Assembly: GCA_030059675.1 (NCBI GenBank) | Contig: JANVYQ010000001.1 | Span: 96,001-160,000, forward strand | From: Candidatus Pelearchaeum maunauluense | Lineage (GTDB): Archaea; Thermoproteota; Nitrososphaeria_A; Caldarchaeales; Caldarchaeaceae | DNA: 64,000 bases | Reading direction: 5' to 3' | Shown: positions 57,776-64,000 of the stretch, one piece after another | How positions within the stretch are numbered: the first letter of the stretch is position 1 | Layout of the letters: every line of letters starts with the position of its first letter | The notes under the pieces: model-generated | Databases searched by the model: none | The model's input: the letters and a program-made list of their open reading frames with translations, nothing else | What the model was told of the DNA's origin: nothing | Position numbers and translations under genes: made by a program

Positions 57776-59311
57776 ATGGGGCTTCGGGCTTCCTGTCTAG
57801 ACGTGCTAGCTAGGGGTAGGGCGCTCTATAAGGAGCTGGTCTCAACCGCGGTTAGCGAGGGGTATCAGCTTACCGAGAGCGCTCTACGCCTTCTTGAGCG
57901 CTGCGAAGACCCCCTGGGGGCGTTGATGAGCGTAATCTCCAAGCTCCGCGCCGAGGAGCCGGCGGCTGTTGTTATAGACCTGCAGCACATCAAGCAGGTT
58001 GCGGGCGTGGATGTTCAGGAGCCCTTGGCTGAGCAGTCCGAAAAGCGGGTGGAGAAGAGGGAGGAGATAGACACCCTACAGCACGCGGCTAACTACCAGG
58101 TTATACAGCTATGCGGCGACGAGACGCGGATAGAGGGGACGATTGACGAGTTCATAGAGTATTTCAGGAGTAGGTATTATAAGCTGCGGCGCATAATTGA
58201 GAGGCGGCGCGACAAGTTCATACCCGTCTCGGAGCTCTCCAACCTCCAGGATGGGCGCGAGGCTTCTATAGTTGCTATGGTTATGGAGAAGCAAGAGGGC
58301 TCTAAGGCGCTCATGCTAACATGCGACGACCCCTCTGGGACTATTCGGGTGGCTGTGCCGAAGAGTAATAACGGCCTATACGAGCAGGCCGAGAACATAC
58401 TCAACGACCAGGTGATAGGGCTTAAGCTCCGCCGCTCAAATAGCATCTTCATAGCGCAGGACATATACTTCCCAGACGTAGAGATAAGACGACGCGATAA
58501 TGACCTGGGGAGCATACCCCAGCTATACGCCTGCCTAATCTCAGACATCCATGTTGGTAGTAAGAAGTTTAGGGAAGACCTGTTTGAGCGGTTTCTTGAC
58601 TGGCTCAGCCGTGGGCGCGATGGTGTTGTGAAGAGGTTGAAGTATGTTGTGGTTAATGGTGATTTGATTGATGGTATCGGCGTGTATCCTGGCCAGGATA
58701 AGGAGCTGGCCACAACAGATGTGGAGGAGCAGCTACGTATGGCCGCTAAACTGCTAGGTGAGATACCGCGCCATATTGAGGTTATCGTATGCCCTGGGAA
58801 CCATGAGCCTGTTAGGAAGGCTCTCCCACAGCCAGCCCTCCAGCAGAGGCATAGGAGCATACTCGCGGAGCATAGAGCGATAACATTCGGGACAAACCCA
58901 GCTCACCTAGTCGTTGAGGGGCGTAAGATACTCGTATACCATGGCCAGGGGCTTGAGGAGGTTATCCAGTCGCTCCCCAACATCTCCTACAGCACGCTCC
59001 GCGAGAACATGGATAGGGTTATGCTCGCTCTAATCAGGGCGCGGCACCTGGCGCCCAGCTATGGCGAGAACACGCAGCTCATGCCTCTCGGCGACGACCC
59101 GCTGGTTATAGAGGAGCCGCCAGACCTGCTGCATACGGGGCATATACACATAGCCCATACAACAAGCTACCGCGGCGTCCAGCTCGTTAACAGCGGCACC
59201 TGGCAGGACCAGACGAGCTTTCAGAAGAGCCTGGGGCTTGAGCCGACTATTGGGACGGCTGTTCTTCTAGAGCTCTCAACGATGCACGCAAGCGTTAGGT
59301 ATTTCTCATAA
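57776..59311 (+). CDS. polD1: DNA polymerase D small (exonuclease) subunit DP1
   Basis: OB fold, ISDIHVGS, GDLIDGIGVYPGQ, PGNHE, HGQ, RHLAP, HTGHIH, NSGTWQ. Confidence 0.95.
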   Translation: MGLRASCLDVLARGRALYKELVSTAVSEGYQLTESALRLLERCEDPLGALMSVISKLRAEEPAAVVIDLQHIKQVAGVDVQEPLAEQSEKRVEKREEIDTLQHAANYQVIQLCGDETRIEGTIDEFIEYFRSRYYKLRRIIERRRDKFIPVSELSNLQDGREASIVAMVMEKQEGSKALMLTCDDPSGTIRVAVPKSNNGLYEQAENILNDQVIGLKLRRSNSIFIAQDIYFPDVEIRRRDNDLGSIPQLYACLISDIHVGSKKFREDLFERFLDWLSRGRDGVVKRLKYVVVNGDLIDGIGVYPGQDKELATTDVEEQLRMAAKLLGEIPRHIEVIVCPGNHEPVRKALPQPALQQRHRSILAEHRAITFGTNPAHLVVEGRKILVYHGQGLEEVIQSLPNISYSTLRENMDRVMLALIRARHLAPSYGENTQLMPLGDDPLVIEEPPDLLHTGHIHIAHTTSYRGVQLVNSGTWQDQTSFQKSLGLEPTIGTAVLLELSTMHASVRYFS

Positions 59312-59371
59312 GGCTTGTGCATGGCTAAGCTTTATATCAACGGCGCTGGCCGAGGCATTTCTTGATGGCTT

Positions 59372-59662
59372 ATGAGCGGCGAAGAAGAGGAGAGTGAAGC
59401 CATAGACGCCATCGTCGTGGCGTTTGACGAGAATGATAACTGTATAGTCTCGCCTACCCAGCCGCTATCTGATGAGGAGCTATCAACTCTAGTCGGGAGC
59501 GAGGCTGAGTATGAGGACTTCAAGGGCGTTAAGTGGTATGGTAAGGTGGTGGAGGCGCGTGAGGAGGGGCTTGTGGTGAGGTTCAGCGAGGAAGCCATGT
59601 CGCAGGGAGGACCTTCAGGATTGGGTCAGGGGAGCCTGGTACGCATACCGCTTAAGAAGTGA
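59372..59662 (+). CDS. Acidic hypothetical protein
   Basis: ORF with upstream TATA-like TTTATA; no motif recognised. Confidence 0.6.
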   Translation: MSGEEEESEAIDAIVVAFDENDNCIVSPTQPLSDEELSTLVGSEAEYEDFKGVKWYGKVVEAREEGLVVRFSEEAMSQGGPSGLGQGSLVRIPLKK

Positions 59663-59705
59663 AACAATAACCATATTTATTATCAGCGCATACACTACCA
59701 TCCTT

Positions 59706-60689
59706 GTGAGAGGTCAGGAACTACGCATACCAACGCTTACCGATGTTTTGAAGGCTAGGCAGGTTGTCAATAAATATCTCAAGCCCACGCCGTTGATTTA
59801 CTCAAAACGCCTCTCAAGATTGCTGGATTGTGATGCTTACCTGAAGCTGGAGAACTTGCAGCCGATTAGGGCGTTTAAGGTTCGCGGCGGCGTCTATTAC
59901 ATGAGCGTGATGCGCGACGAAGCGGTAAAGCGGGGAGTGATAACAGCATCAACAGGCAACCACGCGCAGTCAATAGCCTATGCAGGAGCGCTCTTTGGCG
60001 CGGAGGTTAGGATAGTCATGCCAAACGGTGTTAGTAGCAATAAGATTGAAGCAGTCCGCGAGCTGGGTGCCGAGGTGATAATGCACGGCAGCTACTTTGA
60101 GGAGGCCCGCGAGTATGCCGAGAAGCTGGCAGACGAGAAGGGATACCTCTACGTCCACGCGATTAACGAGCCCCTCCTATACCAGGGCGTCGCTACGATG
60201 CATCTTGAGATAGCTGAGGAGCTTCCTGACGTTGATGTTGTGATTAATCCGATAGGGGGCGGCTCTGGTGCTTCTGGAGCGTGTATCGTGTATAAGTCGT
60301 TGAACAGCGAAATCAAGGTGTTTGGTGTTCAAGCCGAGGGGGCTCCAGCATTCTACCACTCGTGGCGCTCTGGTAGCTTATTCTCAACCGACGGCGTTAA
60401 GACCGCCGCTGAGGGGCTGGCCACCTCACAGGCGTATGAGCTGCCCCTCAAAATCCTACGCGGAAGGCTTGACGACATCATACTTGTAAGCGACGACGAG
60501 ATGCGCGGGGCTATTAGGATAATATTCCAGACAACCGGCCAGGTAGCTGAGCTTTCGGGAGCAGCAGCGACCGCGGCAGCCCTAAAAATACGCGAACAGC
60601 TTAGGGGCAGGAAAGTCGTGCTTATGCTTACAGGCGGGAACATTCAACAAGAGCAGCTAGCATCAATACTCGCTGCCCATAATGCTTAA
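59706..60689 (+). CDS. PLP-dependent threonine/serine dehydratase
   Basis: KLENLQ..AFKVRG, ASTGNHA, PIGGGSG, LTGGN. Confidence 0.92.
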   Translation: MRGQELRIPTLTDVLKARQVVNKYLKPTPLIYSKRLSRLLDCDAYLKLENLQPIRAFKVRGGVYYMSVMRDEAVKRGVITASTGNHAQSIAYAGALFGAEVRIVMPNGVSSNKIEAVRELGAEVIMHGSYFEEAREYAEKLADEKGYLYVHAINEPLLYQGVATMHLEIAEELPDVDVVINPIGGGSGASGACIVYKSLNSEIKVFGVQAEGAPAFYHSWRSGSLFSTDGVKTAAEGLATSQAYELPLKILRGRLDDIILVSDDEMRGAIRIIFQTTGQVAELSGAAATAAALKIREQLRGRKVVLMLTGGNIQQEQLASILAAHNA

Positions 60690-60723
60690 TAAACCCGCGT
60701 AAAGCTGGCCAGCCGTCGCCTCC

Positions 60724-61513
60724 TTGAGCAGGATAAGGCCCCTCAACCTACCATTATCCATATATCTCCCCAATAAGAAACTAGCCAGCCTCGCGGTAGA
60801 GTTGAGGAATGTTCCAGGGGCTTTGATGGAAGACCTCCGGTTATCCATCGTTTTGGTATTAATATTGTTGGCCTGCTCTCCAACACGGCTACGGCAAACA
60901 GCCCTACGACGAGTGTCGTCATACACCTAGACGTATCAGGCGTTGAGGAGGAGAAGCTTCAGGAGATGCTTGAGGAGATAAGGCGGCAGGAGAAGACGTT
61001 GTCAGCGTACATATTTGATACGGGCATACAGTCATTCACAGCAGACCAATACCATAACAGGGTTCTCAGCTTTAATGCGCGTGTGGTTTTGATGAGCGAG
61101 GCCTCGCTTAGGGGGCTTCTCAATAGTTTATACAACACCTTCGGCGACGCGGCCGCGGCTGCGTTCCTATACCACATGGGAGTCGGGGAGACCACGCCAT
61201 AGCGCGGTATGAGAAGCAGTTCTTCAAAGACCCCCGCGTGTGCATCCGCGTCATAGAGCATAACGCAGTGGCATTCGGCTACGCGCATAGGCTAACGATA
61301 AAGGAGGTGGGCGTAACCATGTTTGAGGTAATCTTTGAAGGCTTGTTTGAGTGTGAGTATCTAGCTGGTAAGAAGGGGCCGACATCCAACTGGATACGCG
61401 GGATGGCTGCTGGGTTTATTGAAGAACTCTTCGGCGGCAAGTGGAGCGCCACGGAGGTTAAGTGCGTCAACGCGGGCGATGGTGTTTGCATGTTTAGGGT
61501 AGTCCGCCAGTAG
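60724..61513 (+). pseudogene. ACT + V4R domain protein broken by two frameshifts (~60835, ~61185)
   Basis: NVPGAL..FGINI (ACT); AFLYHMG; FECE..RGMAAG..EVKC..GD..C.F (V4R) across three frames. Confidence 0.75.
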
Positions 61514-62063
61514 TTGAGGTTGGCTTCCTCAGCAGAGCCCTCCACGTGAAGAGGCGCTTAGTGTATGAGAGTCTCTCAAACCCTATCTCGTCCAGCGCTC
61601 CTAGAACCTGCTTGGGCATGGTTCCATGGCCTAGTAGGCGTGTTTTTATCGGGTCTGCTATGAGGAATAGCCCGCCATCTTTGAGCTTTCTATAAACCTG
61701 CTCAAGCGCTCCGCGCCAGTTGTTTATATGGTGTAGGCTCAGTAGCATGACCGCCCTGTCAGCCGACGCGTCTGGCACATGGCGCATATCTGCTGCATCG
61801 CCCTCAACAACCACAACGTTATACAGGTTCTTCTCCTTCAGCCTCCTCACCAGCTTCTCCAGATACCCCTTATTCACATCCACCGCGTAGACGCGGCCAG
61901 CAGCGCCCACGATTTCCGCCGCGGGTATGGTTAGGAAACCCGTGCCGCAGCCAACGTCAAGTAGGGTATGCCCCTCAGCCAGGCCTAGGGCTTGCAGAAG
62001 CTCAAACGGGCTCTGAAGCCTACGGCGGAGCCGCGAATCCAAGAGGAGAGACTCAACACCCAA
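61494..62063 (-). CDS. Class I SAM-dependent methyltransferase
   Basis: LLDVGCGTG, YAVD, GDA, LHH, LKDGG. Confidence 0.88.
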   Translation of the reverse strand: MGVESLLLDSRLRRRLQSPFELLQALGLAEGHTLLDVGCGTGFLTIPAAEIVGAAGRVYAVDVNKGYLEKLVRRLKEKNLYNVVVVEGDAADMRHVPDASADRAVMLLSLHHINNWRGALEQVYRKLKDGGLFLIADPIKTRLLGHGTMPKQVLGALDEIGFERLSYTKRLFTWRALLRKPTSTTGGLP

Positions 62064-62333
62064 CTCGGCTACTCAGCCGCCTAGCCGCTCTATAAAGCAG
62101 TACCAGACGAAGGAGTGGGTTATCTACTCATCTTTTGGTTGTGTCATCTCTGTCGTCAAGCTGCTTGACTGTAAAGACGACAAGAGCCGACATATCCTTG
62201 ACTAACGCTTAAATAAGCGGCGCCGTCTGCGCGGTGGTTGTAGGTGTGGTTGGTGAGGCTTAGGGGCGAGTGTCTTCATATATCGCATCTCTAGGCCAGC
62301 CAGCCCTATTGAGAGCTTTCTCTGGGGTGTTGT

Positions 62334-63320
62334 GTGTTGGCTAGGGTAAAGTTTGCAATACCTAAAGGCTCGCTGGAGAGCGCGACCTACGACATACTCT
62401 CCCGCGCTATGCTCAGGCTACGCGGCTATGAGAGGACATACAGGCCAGTCGTGAGCGACCCTGAGATTGAGGTGAAGATACTGAGGCCGCAGGAGATACC
62501 ACTACTCGTGGCTGCTGGCGCCTATGATATTGGAATCTCTGGTATAGACTGGGTGAGCGAGACTGGCGCTGATGTTATGCAGCTACTAAACTTGGAGTAT
62601 GGCTACGTCAGGCTGGTCGTGGCTATTCCCAAGACGTGGCGATACAGCTCGCTGGACGAGATAATCACAGACTACGCCAGCTCTGGGCGCGTCCTCAACA
62701 TCTCAACAGAGTATCTCAACACGACAGCCTCTTACGTTGCCTCCACTAGGGCGTATAAGGAGAATTATGGTGACGCCGAGCCGAAGGTCATAACCCCCTG
62801 GTGGTCGCGCGGCGATAACGACCGCGTGAGGATTTACCTAAGCTTCGGCGCAACCGAGGCCAAGCCGCCAGAGGACGCGGACATAATAGTTGATGCTTCC
62901 CAGACTGGGATTACGTTGGAGCAGAACAATCTCAAGGCTGTTGAAACCATAGCGGAATCCACAGCATACCTCATAGCGAATAGACAAGCCTACAACGATG
63001 AAGAGAAACGCGAGAAGATACTTGATGTCCTCACACTACTGCGCGGCGTCGTTGATAGTGGGAAGAAGCTCCACATATTCGCTAACGTTTCTGAGGAGAA
63101 CCTGAACGAGCTGCTTAGCTCGCTTCCAGCGTTGAAGAGCCCAACGGTGAGCCCCTTGTCGCGGAAGGGGTGGTATGCTATCAATACAGTAATCTCGCGC
63201 GACGAGTTCCTCACAATACTTCCGCAGCTCAGGAGGCTTGCGCAGGGCTTGGTCGTCCACGAGCCCAACCTTATACTGCCGCTTGAGGAGATTGCGCAGA
63301 GGGGCAAGGAGGGCAGTTGA
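62334..63320 (+). CDS. hisG: ATP phosphoribosyltransferase (long form)
   Basis: AIPKGSL, RPQEIP, DIGISG.DW..E, GATEA, TG.TL..N.L, PTVSPL. Confidence 0.93.
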   Translation: MLARVKFAIPKGSLESATYDILSRAMLRLRGYERTYRPVVSDPEIEVKILRPQEIPLLVAAGAYDIGISGIDWVSETGADVMQLLNLEYGYVRLVVAIPKTWRYSSLDEIITDYASSGRVLNISTEYLNTTASYVASTRAYKENYGDAEPKVITPWWSRGDNDRVRIYLSFGATEAKPPEDADIIVDASQTGITLEQNNLKAVETIAESTAYLIANRQAYNDEEKREKILDVLTLLRGVVDSGKKLHIFANVSEENLNELLSSLPALKSPTVSPLSRKGWYAINTVISRDEFLTILPQLRRLAQGLVVHEPNLILPLEEIAQRGKEGS

Positions 63321-64000
63321 GTCCGCGTCTTTTTCAGGTCTCAGAGGACGATGCCGAGAGGGTGGCGTGTGAGATAGCTGCACGGCGCCCAGACCATCGC
63401 GGCCTCGTGCAATCCATCGCGCACATAATAGCTGATGTGAGGCGGCGGGGAGACGCGGCTTTACTGGAATATACTAGGCAGTTCAACGGCGCAGATCTTA
63501 CGGGGCTGGGCTTAAGGATTGAGCGTAGGGAGATTGACGCTGCGTATAGGGATTTGAGCCCCAGGCTCAGGCGTGCTCTGGAGAGGATGGCCGAGAATAT
63601 CAAGGCGGTTGCGCGTCTCCAGCTCTCGCGTCTAAGGTTTAGCCGCCGCCTCCACGGAGGGGTTGAGATAACACTACGCGCATATCCGCTCCAGAGCGTC
63701 GGCTGCTACATCCCAGGCGGCGTGGCGGCATACCCAAGCACAGCCCTAATGACCACAATACCAGCGAAGGTAGCTGGAGTCAAACGCATAGCGGTATGCA
63801 CACCACCCAACAACAAGGGAGAGGTGAGCAAGCCAGTGCTCGCGGCGCTCAAGATAGCTGGGGTGGAGGAGGCCTATCGCGTGGGAGGCCCCCAGGCGAT
63901 AGCAGCGCTAGCATACGGGACTGAGACCATCAAGCCAGTCGCGAAAATCATAGGCCCAGGCGGAGGATACGTGACAGCAGCCAAGCTCGCAGTCTCCAGC
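63317..64000 (+). CDS. hisD: Histidinol dehydrogenase, partial (runs off the window)
   Basis: TTG at 63317; VRRRGDAALLEYT, VGCYIPGG..YPST, GGPQAIAALAYGT, KIIGPG. Confidence 0.93.
   Translation, partial: MSPRLFQVSEDDAERVACEIAARRPDHRGLVQSIAHIIADVRRRGDAALLEYTRQFNGADLTGLGLRIERREIDAAYRDLSPRLRRALERMAENIKAVARLQLSRLRFSRRLHGGVEITLRAYPLQSVGCYIPGGVAAYPSTALMTTIPAKVAGVKRIAVCTPPNNKGEVSKPVLAALKIAGVEEAYRVGGPQAIAALAYGTETIKPVAKIIGPGGGYVTAAKLAVSS

Overview
A 64-kb archaeal chromosomal segment. PolD small subunit, TiaS, pelota, archaeal DnaG, PurP-like protein, TATA-type promoters and overall composition point to a GC-rich, probably thermophilic Thermoproteota lineage such as Aigarchaeota/Caldarchaeales (inference). 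From left to right it holds: the end of a glycosylation island interleaved with HEPN/MNT toxin-antitoxin pairs and a DUF4143-type ATPase (1-8.4 kb); an OsmC/SDR/AOR/MetE-like/methyltransferase cluster (8.4-15.4 kb); tiaS and moeB; a locus of membrane-anchored DNA-binding proteins carrying 10-bp-period TGAYRTCAC repeats (18.9-21.5 kb); pelota, SAMP, dnaG and tRNA-Pro(UGG); a CstA transporter with two ArsA/Get3 ATPases and paired accessory proteins (25.9-32.5 kb); a GTPBP1-like GTPase, an orphan DNA methyltransferase and PurP-like protein; glnA-amtB-glnK; his genes interrupted by a split glutamate synthase and a dead vapBC; PolD DP1; hisG-hisD. At least 8 genes are broken by single nonsense or frameshift lesions. 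The best candidates for undescribed systems are (1) the repeat-decorated membrane-anchored wHTH locus, a possible chromosome-membrane tether or centromere-like site, and (2) the CstA/dual-ArsA module, in which one ATPase naturally carries the switch-I Asp->Asn change. All family calls come from motif recognition by eye, without database searches.
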